64,000 bases of DNA from assembly GCA_964234715.1 (NCBI GenBank), contig OZ174281.1. One strand, written 5' to 3'. Numbering within the stretch: position 1 is the first letter of the stretch; the number at the start of each line of letters is the position of its first letter. The notes under the pieces were generated by a model. That model searched no databases, was not told the DNA's origin, and saw only the letters and a program-made list of their open reading frames with translations. Origin of the DNA: Podarcis melisellensis (Eukaryota). This document shows positions 1-13,140 of this stretch, in pieces. Position numbers and translations under genes: made by a program.

Positions 1-531
1 AGCTATAAACTAAAACCCCTGCAGCTAAACATGAACTGCGTGAAACAAGGGCTCCATTCCAGAACAGAAAACTGCTGGGCCCAGAAAATTAAAAGCCAGA
101 GGCGTTTTCCATTTAAAACTAAATCCCAGTACCGCCTCCCAGCCAAAGAATTATAAGCAGTATCAGATTTACAAAACGAACAATTACCCTGGAAAAATGT
201 AGCCTATTGTACGGTCCCAGATGCTAAATCTCAAAGTGTCTTTTTTCCCCCTAATCCCACATTATATTCCTACCAAACACACTGCTGTATAGTTTAGGCC
301 TGTCTAGAAATAGTTCTTTGTAAACTATGAAAATAAAATGTTAAGAGCTCATAATTCATTGACCTCATTTGAAGTGCTGCCCTTGCCTGTAGCAGTTCCT
401 GTCCTTCCCCAAGGCCTCTGCAAATGGTATGCAACAGCAAAATAAACCCTGACCTAATTGCCAGGAGAGGAGGGCTGCCAACCTTCCCTCAGAATACAAA
501 GGCAAAGCGTGGGGACTTGAAAAAGTCATAC

Positions 532-588
532 CTCTTTTGCTTTCTGCTTTAATCGCAGCTGCTCCGGATCTTCTTTATTGGTACGGCT
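532..588 (-). CDS. TAF4B: TAF4B exon 13 (SRTNKEDPEQLRLKQKAKE); remaining exons off the left edge
   Basis: EDPEQLRLKQKAKE motif. GATAG| acceptor, GAG|GTATGA donor, 57 nt. Confidence 0.96.
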
Positions 589-2254
589 CTATCAAAAAGG
601 AAAGGAAAGGAAAAGAAGGGGGAGGGAGAGGAAGAAAAAGAAAGACGTTTAATAGAAATTACTAGCACCCAAACACAACATTATCTTTAAATATTTAATA
701 AGTTACAATTTTCTCTTCTGATTGGAAATCTTAGCTGCAGGGAATGAATGCCTCAAGCCAGATTGGCTCTCTCTCACACACACATACCAAAAAAAACCCC
801 ACCCTCTCTTCATCAGGGACTGCTGCCTCTATTCTAGCCCAGAGGAAGCTTGAACTAAAAATGATGCTAACATTGTCAGTCAGGTCCAGCCTAGGCATGA
901 TGATGTTCATGTCAGCAACAGACACTTGGGAAAATGAGAAAAGCAGCAAGGAGGGAGATAAAAAGATCTGGCACCATATTTGATGGGCGTGCAGAAGACC
1001 TCCTTAAGGAGCCTATTTTTTCAGTTCCTATATTGGGCCATTTTAAAATAGGTCATTTGCAAGAGTTATAATAGGTTACGTTTAATAGGTCCCAGGCAGC
1101 TACCAGTGGATCATCCGGTAGGGGAAGGAAAGACTTCTAGGTCCATTAGCAAATTGGTGTAACCTTGAAGCTTCTAGCTCAGTGCATAAGCAACTTGCTG
1201 AAGGCCACACAAAGCTCAGTCATCCCCTGTGATCTGTAATGTGGGATAATAGGAATGTACCCTTTAAGTTAATTCTAAGCCATGTATGGGGAACCTCAGG
1301 CCTGGGGAGTCCAAAGGTGGCCTCTCCAGTCCTCTATCTGACCCTCAAAACTCTGTCCAGGAAACACCCATTTCCCCAGGCCATGCTGATCACCAGCCCT
1401 ACTTCATACCTTCTTCTTGAGAGTTTTTGCCTGGCTGGAATCTGTCCTTGAACTCTGCTTGCTTGGTCGGAGGACAAGGAAAGGTGTGTGGGTGTGAACT
1501 GCTCAACTGTACAAAGGTAAAATTCATATTTGTTGCACCATTGACCTGTGGTTCCAGGAAGGTTGCCAGCAACCTCTGCAAAGGTTAATGCTGGGTCCTT
1601 GCAAATCATAGCCAGAATCCACCTGTCCCAAGATATAGTCCCCTGCCCAGTAGTTTGCAGTGGGCTAGAGTTACATCTTCATCACACCCAAGTTAGACAC
1701 ACTGAAAGCTATATAAAGAGATAACTTTCTGCACTTCTATGCTTGGCTACTGAATTCTGCACAGACCCATGGACATGCAATATGGAAGTCTCTGGCAAGA
1801 GGTACCAGCTGCCAAAAACTGAGAAGTCTGGTGGGAGATGACGGAAATGGTTTAAGAATTGGAAGCAGAAGTGTCCTCTAGCTGCTGCTCATCCATTTTT
1901 GTCTTCAACATGAAGCAACAAAAAATAATAATAGAAGGATAGGCTACAAACTCCCCACCATCTAGTTCTAATTTTTGAGTGTTTGGCTCTGTCTTATTTC
2001 TGCTTTTAGCAAGAGCAGCATTCAGTAAATGGTCTAGAGTCATACAGCCCAGACATAGGCTTATTACCAACAACTTTGAAATAGTGATAAATAGTAATAT
2101 AACCAAAGTGTATGACGTTTTCCTATTTGCTTTTAACATCAATCTTTTTTTTCCCTATGGGATATCTTTCCTACGCATTTCAAGTGTCAAGGGGGCCCAC
2201 TGGCACCACACAAAAAACACACAAATGCAAGAAGTGTCCATAGATTACCACATG

Positions 2255-2402
2255 TTTGGACTCAGGAGCCCTGTTTAGGGTAGTTTTTAATGTTTGAAGT
2301 TTGATCATGTTTTTAATATTCTGTTGGGATCCACCCAGAGTGGCTGGGGAAACCCAACCAGATAGGCGGGGCATAAATACAATACAATAAAAATTATTAT
2401 TA
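2255..2402 (+). mobile_element. L2 3'-end fragment
   Basis: CCCAGAGTGGCTGGGGAAACCCAACCAGATAGGCGGGG..AAATTATTATTAT, same family as the 45930 and 57320 copies. Confidence 0.7.
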
Positions 2403-2667
2403 TAGAAAATATTGGAAAGATGGAGTAGTAGTAGTCCACTGTTGCGGAAGAACTTTGCCAGAGTTTGAACCTTTTCGGTAAACCTTGGGATCCACAGAGC
2501 CCCTGAGTCCCTGAATCCCTTCTCTGAGGTCCAACTTCTCAAAGTACCCAATTACTGTAAAATACCCATCCCCTAGATGGATGTGCTTGTATAGTTCTTT
2601 ACTGGCAGCAGCTAGGTCTAGGAATATTTAGCTGCCGTAAGTCTTCTGTAAATAACAATTCTCTCAC

Positions 2668-2793
2668 CTTGGCTGCCCGGAGCAACACCTCTCTCTCTTC
2701 TTCATCCTTTCTCTGCTTCTCGATCTGGTCCAACTGCTCAAGAAACCGAAGCTGGGCCCTTGTATCACTCGTTATTGTGTACTTGTCATTCCC
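2668..2793 (-). CDS. TAF4B: TAF4B exon 12 (GNDKYTITSDTRAQLRFLEQLDQIEKQRKDEEEREVLLRAAK)
   Basis: Conserved TAF4 C-terminal region. TTTTAG| acceptor, AAG|GTGAG donor, 126 nt. Confidence 0.97.
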
Positions 2794-3385
2794 CTAAAAA
2801 GCGGGGGGCGGGGAGAGATAATTTATGGTTGTTTTAAAATACAACATGGACCACTGGCCCCCAACCTAGATGTTAAAAGCAAGTCAGCTTGCATTAACGT
2901 AATAGACAAGTTTAAAATAAATTCAATGCACATTTGCTTACCAAGATTGCATCTGCTTATTTTATTATTTATTAAATTTACATTCCATTAAGAGCTACTT
3001 TCTTCCAAAGTGTTTCCAGATTTTCAGTTAGCTTATCTATACTAGCTATTAAAACCAGCCATTCGCTCCAACCCTCCCCGCCACAAAAAACAACAACCAT
3101 TTTTGCCTATGTCCAGTTTCAAGGTTCCAAGCTCAGAAAACAGGCCCAGCACTGAACTAAACTGATGCCTGAAGACACTTAAAGGCAGGGAAGAATGGGG
3201 GCATATAATTGGAAGTATGCTGTACCTCCAGTGACAGGCGTGCATGCTTGGGATTGTAGACAGTCCTAGGAGGAATCTCTGGAAACTCTAGTTAAGAGAG
3301 AAGCCTGGAACTGCTGGCAGTTAAAGCAGACATATACTGGTCTAAATGAACCAGTAGGTGGAATTGGTATGTGTTAGCTTTTTAG

Positions 3386-3740
3386 GGGACGCGGGTGGCG
3401 CTGTGGGTTAAACCATAGAGCCTAGAACTTGCCGATCAGAAGGTTGGTGGTTTGAATCCCCGCAATGGGATGAGCTCCCGTTGCTCGGTCCCTGCTCCTG
3501 CCAACCTAGCAGTTTGAAAGCACATCAAAGTGCAAGTAGATAAATAGGTACCGCTCCGGCGGGAAGGTAAACGGTGTTTCCGTGTGCTGCTCTGGTTCGC
3601 CAGAAGTGGCTTAGTCCTGCTGGCCACATGACCCGGAAGCTGTACGCTGGCTCCCTTGGCCAATAAAGCAAGATGAGCGCCGCAACCCCAGAGTCGGTCA
3701 CGACTGGACCTAATGGTCAGGGGTCCCTTTACCTTTACCT
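3386..3740 (+). mobile_element. Sauria SINE (Squam1)
   Basis: GGGACGCGGGTGGCGCTGTGGGTTAAACC head, tRNA-like boxes, (ACCTTT)n tail. Confidence 0.9.
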
Positions 3741-3955
3741 AGCTTCCTTTTGGTTATTGCCATTTCCATGACTGCATTTTATTCTTACAACCTAATAGCC
3801 AAGAACCTCCTGTGTCCATGATGAAGCACACTTTAAGGCAGATTTTAGATATAGGATGCCAATACAATTACTTTTTTAAATTTTTTTTTTAAAAAACCCA
3901 CTGACTGGAACAAGACTGTTAGGAGACCAAGAAGCTTAATGATTATTTCCTTTAC

Positions 3956-4081
3956 CTTACAGGTCATCGTACGATGCTGAGCAATTACAGTTAGTTTCTC
4001 CAGAAGCCCTCTTAATCTCTCTTGTGTAGCATGGGAGATCAAGTTCAGAACATCTGAATTAACTTCCGTAATGTCATGGCT
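3956..4081 (-). CDS. TAF4B: TAF4B exon 11, histone-fold domain (..HDITEVNSDVLNLISHATQERLRGLLEKLTVIAQHRTMTCK); 5' end lies in N-gap 4082-4213
   Basis: Conserved ISHATQERLR.LLEKL..IAQHR. Donor AAG|GTAAAG. Confidence 0.95.
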
Positions 4082-6219
4082 NNNNNNNNNNNNNNNNNNN
4101 NNNNNNNNNNNNNNNNNNNNNNNNNNNNNNNNNNNNNNNNNNNNNNNNNNNNNNNNNNNNNNNNNNNNNNNNNNNNNNNNNNNNNNNNNNNNNNNNNNNN
4201 NNNNNNNNNNNNNTTTTCCTGGTAAAGCCACAACTTCAAAGATCTTAGACATTACATTAATAAAACCTAGCCTACAGCTTCAGAAAATAGACATTGTTTC
4301 ACTTAGCCCCTAGAATCACTTTCCTTGCAAGGTCATTTATAGGACAAAGTTAATAAGAATACAGAAATCAAGGCTTGTGGTTGGGAGAAGGGAAGTAGTA
4401 GTAGCTGTAGAAATTAGTGCCATATTCGGTTAATTTCAGTAATTAAAAAAAAAAACACAAAACCACACGCACAGTTACGTTTTGCCCTGTTTTGACACAG
4501 TGCTTGTTAAATCTTGACATGTTAATGAACTAAGTAGCTTTTCGCAACGTACTGGGCCTTTTTCATACTCCAGTCCAGCCAACAGCATATGGCAGCTTGA
4601 CCCAGTGTCTCAAGGCAACAGCTTGGAAAACAGCGAAGTCCAATAGGGCCTTAAAGCAGCCCCCTTTCCCCTTCACCCATAACTGCAGCTTGCCTGGGTG
4701 AGCTCCGCTTCTCTCTCGTTCTGCATCCCTTCACTCCCCCTAATATTTTCAGAGCAATGGCACAGAGGCAGACTGCTTTAAGGAAAGCTGCTTGAACCCT
4801 ACACTAAGGCTAAGCATCTTCTCTGCAGTGCTCTGCAGTAGCGCATGTAACTAATGAAGGCTTCCTCTGGTTGACAACAGACCCTGCTTTCAGCACAGGC
4901 TTCGTAAGGTGTAGCAGCTGCCCAGGCAATTCAGTGCCATGGAAGCAAAATTACTATTAAATGCAGACCCAAAGGCATTTTCCTGAACCTGCACTCTCTC
5001 CCCTTCAGAGATTTGAGAACTTAAAACAACAAGTATACTAATGCAGAAAGGGCATATTTCATGCCAAGAATAAAATGTACCCTCAAAATAGGTGTGCAAG
5101 GGGTTGCTGGCTGCTATCACGAACCTCGGCAGAGAGTAAGACAAGCTACTGTTTTAATATTAAAATGGTCACCTTTTACATTAAGTTGTTTATGGGCAGA
5201 AAGCATATTCCAACATTTGGTTTAGGCTGCACTTTACACTTCTGCAAAGCAGCTTCACTGTTGGTAGCTTGCAAACATTTGCGGAAATTAAGATGTTGAG
5301 ATTTGGGGAAACAAAGGAAACTAGGATTTGTTTAGAGCAGAGATGGCAGATTTGCAACCCTTGGGCCAAATGCAGCCTCCAAAGCAATTCTGTTTGGCCC
5401 CTGGTGGCCATGCTAAATTTTAAACCAAGGTGTGTGCCCAAGTTTCATCCATGAAGGACAATGAAAAATGCTACTTGTACAGTATTAAATTCACACTTCT
5501 AATGTTTAACTCTTTGGGTTTTGCATGCAGAGTCCCGGTTACTAAACAGCGTCTGTGCTCTATATCTGAAACACTTGCAGCTAGATGATTTAGGCTCTGT
5601 AGGACCTAGCCACCTTACTTCAGTTTGTGGCCATATGCTTCTGTCATTCTCCTTCCTCTGGCTGAGGCCATTTTGGGGCAGGGGAGAAAAGCTGGGGATC
5701 CAAGTCAAGGTGGTTTTGGAACAGACTTTCACATGACATACCGGTAACCCCTTTCCAGGGGCAACCTGTGGCCAAGACACACCTGCACCTTCTACCCCCA
5801 CCCCAACCATAGGGGAAAGGTACGCACACCCAAAAAGATGTTTAAGGGGAAGACAACCCTAGAACATCCCCTCCTATTTAATTGTACCAATAGTGGGATT
5901 TGCCTTAAGCACTGCTGTTGGACCTCTTTGCTGTCTGGCTGATGAGTTGGGCACTATCCTTCTCATAGCTGCTTGGTCAAATGGCCCCAGAAGCCTATGC
6001 ACCAGCACAATGGCTCATGGAACATCTCTCTGACCTACTGCTTCAAAGATGTATTGCTGGCCTGCTCAGAAATAGAACAAAACCCTCAAACATCAGTAAA
6101 AAAAAATCTCATCAGTAAAGGGATTTTACAAATTGGAAGCCACCACCTAGAAAGCCCCGTCAGCAATAAATATCAACTGGGTGCCACCAACAAATCAGGT
6201 CTCCCCTGTTGATTATAGG

Positions 6220-6530
6220 TCCAAGATGGCTTGGGGCCCAAGCAACATAGGGCTGTGTATGCTGGTATTAACACGCTAAACAGAGTCCAGTAGGTCATTG
6301 GCAACCTGCACAGCGCTTTCAGGACTGATGACAGTCACATTGTGTTGCCTCACTAAACTAGCAGCTGCATTCTGCACCAGTGGCAACTTCCAGGCAGTTT
6401 TCAAGGGCAGTCCCACACAAAGCACATTGCTGTAGTCAAGATGGGAGGTCAACAGAGCATGGACAATTGTAGCCAGACTATCCCAGTCCATAAACAGCCA
6501 TAGCTGGTCAACAAACCAAAGACGAGCATA
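6220..6530 (-). mobile_element. Old L2 RT fragment
   Basis: LATIVHALLTSHLDYSNVLCVGLPLKTAWKLPLVQNAAASL. Confidence 0.75.
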
Positions 6531-7017
6531 AACACTCCTAGCCACACAGACTGCACTTGGGGATGCAGTGACAGGCTGGAATCTATAGGTACTCCCAGGC
6601 TGCAAACCTGTTCCTGCAGGGTGAATGAAGCCCTTGCAAGAACAGGTCATCCACCCAATTCCCATGTTTGTTGCTTCAAGATTTCTTGGGCAGGGGTTGA
6701 AGTCTTTGACTGCATGTGTTAACCAAACAGACGTGTGTTAACTATACATTAGCACTGAGTAGTAAAGACTGCAAAGCACTGGCCAAAATCTATAGTTTCC
6801 CATTTTTAAGATTAATATTGCTTCATAATCTCACTTTCAGTGCTGCTGCGATCCAAGCTAATTTGCTATTTAAAAATTTGGCTGCTTAAATACAAGTTCC
6901 GTAACTCAGTACAGAGCAACGACAGTACATTCAGGAAAGAGGTGGTGTCAAAGTTAAGATTTATGCAGCCTGTTTTGCATTCTGAAGTATCCCACCCCCG
7001 CCCCCCAATTTTCTCAC

Positions 7018-7187
7018 CCATTTCTAGGATCTTCTTCTGCAGTGCATCTGAAGAAAGGAAGAGTTCTTCTGGACAAGACCGGATAATTGCGCCGACTGAT
7101 TGAGATTTCGAACCGAATACGCATGCACTCTCTTCACTCAGGTTGACCCCAGCCATAGAAGTCACATCGTTGATGTCATCTTCATCT
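7018..7187 (-). CDS. TAF4B: TAF4B exon 10 (DEDDINDVTSMAGVNLSEE...LQKKILEMG)
   Basis: TAF4 family signature DDINDV.SMAGVNL.EE. TTGTAG| acceptor, G|GTGAG donor, 170 nt. Confidence 0.97.
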
Positions 7188-7619
7188 CTACAAGCAAAAT
7201 TTCTATTATATTTTGTATTGGGTTATAAAGGCAAACTATTCTATTAAACACTGAGCTTACCAACATGACCATAGGTCCTGTCACTAACTAGGCTGCTTTT
7301 TTTCTTTGATCTGCACTAGCTAGAATTTAGCATTGCAAGTTCAATGTTTAGGTAAACTTGGCAACTTTGGCATAGTTCTCTACAAATGACATAAGCGGGA
7401 AAGTGAAGGCTCCTGAGAAAGTCATCACTGACCATGATTAGAAGCCTGAGGGCTGAGTGAGACATGAAAAACAACAACTGAAGAGACTTTGTGGGTAGGG
7501 AGATTAGGATCAGAGAAGCGAGTGGGGACGTCCTTGTAAAGAATTCAAAATTCTGCAGAGGGAAAACTGGTGGGAAAGTGGCAATTTGAAGCACTGAAGT
7601 TCAACCTCATTTAGAACAG

Positions 7620-8190
7620 GTAACTGACTTATTGCCTGGACACGAGAACCACTTGCCCACAGAACCACTCTCTCTTGTTAGGGCTTAATCTCAGTTTGTT
7701 GGGGGCCCACCATACAGCCCACAAGTACAGCCACACACAGCCGCTCTTGATCAGATACTGTGGAGAAACAGAGCTGTGTGCCACCAGCATACTGATAACA
7801 CATGGCTCCATATCCCCCGATGACTGCTTCCAATAGGTTCATATAGATGTTAAATAGCACTGGGGAACAAGCAAGTTCCCTGCAGCACCTCATAACAAAT
7901 GTCACAGGCCTGATGAACATCCCCCCATACCACTCTTTAGAACTGATGTTGCAGGTAGCATGAACTGGCATAAAACAATGTTCCTGACACCTGTGTCACA
8001 CAGCCAGTCCAGGTCCATGGTTGACGGTATCAAAAGCCACAGAGAAATCAAGCAAAAGCACAAAGGTTGCACTCTGCTTCTTGCTCTCCCTTCAGGGTGA
8101 TTTCATCCCAACATCAGGTCTGAAACCAGACTAAAATGGGTCCAGACTATCGGTTGTACCCAATAATGCCTGCAGCTGCTCTGCCACAAC
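7620..8190 (-). mobile_element. Old L2 RT fragment
   Basis: SPVLFNIYM..L...I, YQYAGGTQL (degenerate YADD), QSGFRP and AFDTV-like motifs. Confidence 0.72.
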
Positions 8191-8239
8191 CAGCCAATGA
8201 CAACCACAGACTAGGGGATCCAGGGTGAGCTTATATATA

Positions 8240-8492
8240 CCGTATTTTTCGCCCTATAGGGCACACCAGCCCATAGGGTGCATTTATTTGGGGGGGAGGG
8301 GAATAAAGAAAAAAAAAATCCCCAACCGCAGCCCCCAGAACGGGTCCGGGAGCAATGGCGAGGTTGAGCTTCGGGGTGCAGGCTGCTATCCGCAAGCCTA
8401 GGGAGCCCAGCGGGAACTGCCGTGGGACGCACACACATTTCCCCTTCATTTTTGGAGGGGGGAAAGTGCGTCCTATAGGGCGAAAAATACAG
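8240..8492. mobile_element. Tc1/mariner (pogo/Tigger-like) MITE
   Basis: About 27-bp TIRs CCGTATTTTTCGCCCTATAGG.. / ..CCTATAGGGCGAAAAATACAG. TA on the left flank, TG on the right. Confidence 0.82.
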
Positions 8493-8689
8493 TGTGTGTG
8501 TGTGTGTGTGTAGCAGTGGACACAGCACCAGCTCATTCAGGGTAGGCCCAATACTTTAAGCTTGCCAAGAGCAAGATCGCATAGAAAAATAAGCACAGTC
8601 AAGTCAGAAAAGTATTCAATCTTTTAGTTTAAAAAATAAGGTTATCAGAGAAATGAAGGAGAAACAAGGACTTGAACTTGTCTGTGTAA

Positions 8690-9110
8690 TGGTTAAAGGA
8701 ACTTTACTACTACAACAAAATGAATAACAAGGGTGTATTGCAACATGGGTTCAATTGTTCAATTAACCTAATATTTAAGAGAACTTGATATGCAAGCTGG
8801 GGCCGTTCTAGTTCATTCCAGTAGAGCATTTGATATGGTACCACAAGGAAAAATACTCCTTTCAACAAGCAAAAAAAGAGTTACAAGTATTGAAAGAAAA
8901 GAAGTGGGATTTTGTTGGGATTGGTCTTGAACCCATTTGTTCATATTTTAGTGAACATGGTAATAAAAATGCACTTAAGGGTCACTGAGTAACATGCTCA
9001 AGATTAGGGGGTGACATGAATTGATCTTTTCACTAGGACCTAGCAAGCAGGTATGCATGGGACCGAGTCCCCAGGATCAGACTGTTTGTCAACATCAATA
9101 CTATTTCCTC
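8690..9110 (+). mobile_element. Ancient CR1-like RT remnant
   Basis: QHGF, AFDMVPQ (AFDKVPH-like) and VPQGS-like remnants, heavily decayed. Confidence 0.5.
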
Positions 9111-9694
9111 CTGTGGTAGTTATGGATTATCCACAGAAACCATTAATCTGGGACATTTATTTTGTCAATTACAGAAGTTGCTTCTCTACTTAAGCATTTT
9201 ATTAGTTTGGTACATAACTATGTCCTTAAGTGTGGAGTACACTGATCTAATCAAACTTTCCAATTGAAGCAAGTCCCTCCTGGTTTTCTCATTTAGTATA
9301 TCTCATTTAGTAAACTTTTCAATGAAGAAACACACACAAAAACTTGACAAACAAGTCTTTAGCACCCTCTGCTGTTCAAATATTGGCCCTGCACCTTTCA
9401 CTGTTTTAATTACACAATTGTTCTAAAAATAAGGACAGGCTTGGGCTAAAACCTGTAAGATGCCAGCCAGAGGCTGCTAATCAAAATCTGCATGGAACAA
9501 TTTAAAATTTAATCTAGGATTAGGTTGGCAGCAGCTACATACTCATCTGTGTTCATTGTCTTTCTTTCTATTTAAGAAAGCTCTCACACAGGTAAAAAGC
9601 AAAATTAAGACATCTGGACAAAAGTAAGATTGTTCTAGCTTTAGGATGAAGGATTTCAGATTACCATTCTTTTTACCGAAGTGTGATGCTGCAA

Positions 9695-10020
9695 AAACAA
9701 TGGCTCCCAAACGCTTTTCACCATGGACCACTTGAAAATTGCAACAGGTCTTGGTGGACCAACTTAATCTTTTTTTTCTGCATGTTGTAGCGATTTTAAT
9801 GTGCTGTGCTAGGTGATGCATGATTTTGATCATATTTTTATTTCTCATATATTGTATGTCATTGCGTTACAATTTGAATTCCATAGAATTCAAATTGTAA
9901 CACAATGTAAGAAATGAAACCAAGAAATAGCAATTAAAATGAATATGAATATTCAACCACAGACACCCCATGGACCATGTGAATGAAGCTCTATGTGGTC
10001 CACAGACCAGAGTTTGGGGA
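9695..10020. mobile_element. Degenerate hAT-like MITE
   Basis: TCCCAAAC..ATGGACCAC start and GTGGTCCAC..GTTTGGGGA end. Confidence 0.5.
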
Positions 10021-10336
10021 AAGCATTAAGTCCCCCAACCCCCAAGTACATAGTCTCTTGTAGGTAGTGTAACTTCCAGTTAGAATCTGCAGACAGAGAT
10101 AGTGAAATAATCTTCCTTAACAGCCATGAATTATCACAGTTATCTTTCAGTTTTAATTATATGGTAGGAGTTCAATAGAGCATTTGATGCTGCTAACTGC
10201 TGGGATGTCAGACCTTATGCTACAACTTAGAAGTAGTGAGAACAGAAACTTCCTGAACTACAGCTAAAGTAGCTACTCTAACCTTCCATATTTGGAGGGG
10301 AAAAGCTCCCTTGCTACAGTGTTTTGCCATAGTATA

Positions 10337-10681
10337 AAAGGTAAAGGGACCCCTGACCATTAGGTCCAGTCATGACCGACTGAGGTTGCGGCGCTCATCT
10401 CCCTTTATTGGCTGAGGGACCCGGCGTACAGCTTCCGGGTCATGTGGCCAGCATGACTAAGCTGCTTCTGCCGAACCAGAGCAGTGCACGGAAACACAGT
10501 TTACCTTCCCTCCAGAGTGGTACTTATCTACTTGCACTTTGACGTGCTTTTGAAATGCTAGGTTGGCAGGAGCTGGGACCAAGCAACGGGAGCTCACCCC
10601 ATAGCGGGGATTCAAACTGCCGACCTTCTGATCGGCAAGTCCTAGGCTCTGTGGTTTAACCCACAGCGCCACCTGCGTCCC
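10337..10681 (-). mobile_element. Sauria SINE with 12-bp TSD TGCCATAG(T/C)ATA
   Basis: Reverse complement of the 3386 copy. TSD at 10325-10336 and 10682-10693, 1 mismatch. Confidence 0.9.
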
Positions 10682-12180
10682 TGCCATAGCATACTAGCAC
10701 TAAATTAGTAGAGTTGCTTTCTCATCTTATACCTACGGCCCTCCACCAGATATTGCCAGAGTCTTAGGGTTACTGGGCCTACCTTATGTGCATTGAAGTG
10801 TCTAAAACTTAGATGAATGCCATACTTATGCCCTACGGCCCCAGCCAGCATGGCTAATGGTCAGGGATGGCAGGAGTTGTAGTCCCAACATCATCTGAAC
10901 AGCCAAAGGTTCCCCTTCTGCACAAGATGCCACTGACATCCTTGCCTCCCTCCCCAAACCCAAAACATTTTATGCATGGCACAGACTTGTACTAAATCCT
11001 TGTGCTATTACACCAAAAGGTGCACTAGTTTAAGGGGAAAGGCTAGAGCCCAATAAAGGAAGGGGCCAAGATCTTCTGGAGTGACTTTTTGCCCCAAGAG
11101 TGGACTACACTAATGTGTCAACCTCTGAGCCTTCTATGCAACAGAAATCTGAAAGGGATTTTCCTTCCAGCTACTGGCCACATTAGAATGATTTTTTCAG
11201 AGTGATGAAAACAAATACAGCTTCTTTTCCAACAATCACAGACAACTAGACACATTTGATTTCAATTGAAATCTGTTAATAAATCTCAAGTCTGTATTAA
11301 ACCCTAAGATTCAGCTAACAGATATGATACCCTTCTGAACCCTACAAAAATGCTGCTGGGCTATTTAAAAGGAATAGAGTTTGCCGACTTAGAATTAGCT
11401 TAAATCTATCAGCAATGGGCAAATATAGTATATTTGACTACCTCAAACCCCAACAGAATAACTAAGAAAAATATGGTATGTAGAGTTATTAATGAAGCTG
11501 ACTTATTTTCATCAAGGATCATTGAAATACAATCTTTGTTCATAATTTATGGAATAATGTTGTATTACAATTACTTTTTCTTTAAGTGTTCCAACAAGAA
11601 TTGACTGAATTATCTAATTTCATTAATATTTTTTTGAATGTTAAGTGTGCAATTAAAATCCGCTCACGTATACTTTACAATGTATCATTTGTTCAAGCAT
11701 TTTATTCATATTGCTTAGGATAAAGCAATCTCGAATCCAAAGATTTGAAATGTGTGAAGTTTTAGTTCCCACAGACTTAAATTGTATTTTCCTTCAGTGA
11801 GGTAGCAATACTGATATTTTGCAATGTGCGAATTCATTTAATGAGTTGGACAGTTAGAAGACAGGATAAGGAGTTCAAAATAAAAGAACTAGGATTAGCA
11901 ACTAGATAAATGAAAGCCTGGACTTCAGGAGCATATAACCCAATCAAGCTCTGGAATGTAAATATCTGAAACAGCTGGCAGGGCAATTTTTAGGCTTTTC
12001 CTTTCATTAGCACTAAAACATCAGAACCAAGGAAGCAAAAACTCCCATCAGAAATCTTAAATATTTATTTAGGCATCACTCAATTCTCTGTGGCTGTTTG
12101 CTTCCCACCCACCCCCACACCCCGCCTCCCAGCCAGGCTTTTGCATAGTACACAAACTTCCGACTTTGTTTATTTTTTAC

Positions 12181-12286
12181 CTGAAGGATTTTGTTCCGTT
12201 CTCCCTTATTTTATTTCTCTGAACAGGAGATGCTTGAAGCGACAGAATTTTGTTTCCTGGCAGGGTAATTTGTTTCACAATGGAAC
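12181..12286 (-). CDS. TAF4B: TAF4B exon 9 (GSIVKQITLPGNKILSLQASPVQRNKIRENGTKSFR)
   Basis: Poly-T/AG acceptor, AG|GTAAAA donor, 106 nt. Contains the TAF4B-specific KQITLPGNKILSLQASP. Confidence 0.96.
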
Positions 12287-12777
12287 CTAAAAAAAAAAAA
12301 AAAAAGATGAACAATCCGTAGCAGAAAGCAAAATCCTTAATGACATTCAGCGCACAGTGCACCCAAGAACAGATATCTGGAGAGACTGTGTCCAGGATTT
12401 TTCTTTTCTGTTTTTTTTTTAATGAAAGCTGTGTATTTGCTTCAAGGTCAAAATGCAGTTCCCATACACATTATCTGCTCAAGTTATTTTATCAGGACAT
12501 GGACACCTGGACAACTGTGCTATAGCCAAGAATATTCCAACATCAAAGGTATCTGTAACTGTTGCCTTTAACAAAGGCTGCTCCCTCTTGTAATTAAGAG
12601 AACTCTCCAAGTGATTTTCTAGACAACTGCTTTTAGCACAGTTAATACATTTGCTGTGCAAGGTCCAGCTATCTTTCTTAAAGGTTGTGGATGGATCAAT
12701 GGATAGTACTGTGCCAATATTCAAGAGGTAGCACCTATCACAGGGAAAATGCACTTCTGGTATTCAGGATATCATGA

Positions 12778-13140
12778 AAAGGTAAAGGTACCCCTGCCCA
12801 TACGGGCCAGTCGTGTCCGACTCTAGGCTTGTGCACTCATCTCATTTAAGAGGCCGGGAGCCAGCGCTGTCCGCAGACACTTCCGGGTCACGTGGCCAGC
12901 GTGACGAAGCTGCTCTGGTGAGCTAGCACCAGCACAGCACACGGAAATGCCGTTTACCTTCCCGCTATGAAGCGGTACCTATTTATCTACTTGCACTTAG
13001 GGGTGCTTTTGAACTGCTAGGTGGGCAGGAGCTGGGACCGAAAGATGGGAGCTCACCCCGCCGCGGGGATTTGAACCACCGATCATACGATTGACAAGTC
13101 CTAGGCACTGAGGTTTTACCCACAGCGCCACCCGCGTCCC
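12778..13140 (-). mobile_element. Sauria SINE, different subfamily (distinct 3' region)
   Basis: Same head and body. 3' part reads ACCCCTGCCCATACGGGCCAGTCG on the + strand. Confidence 0.87.
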
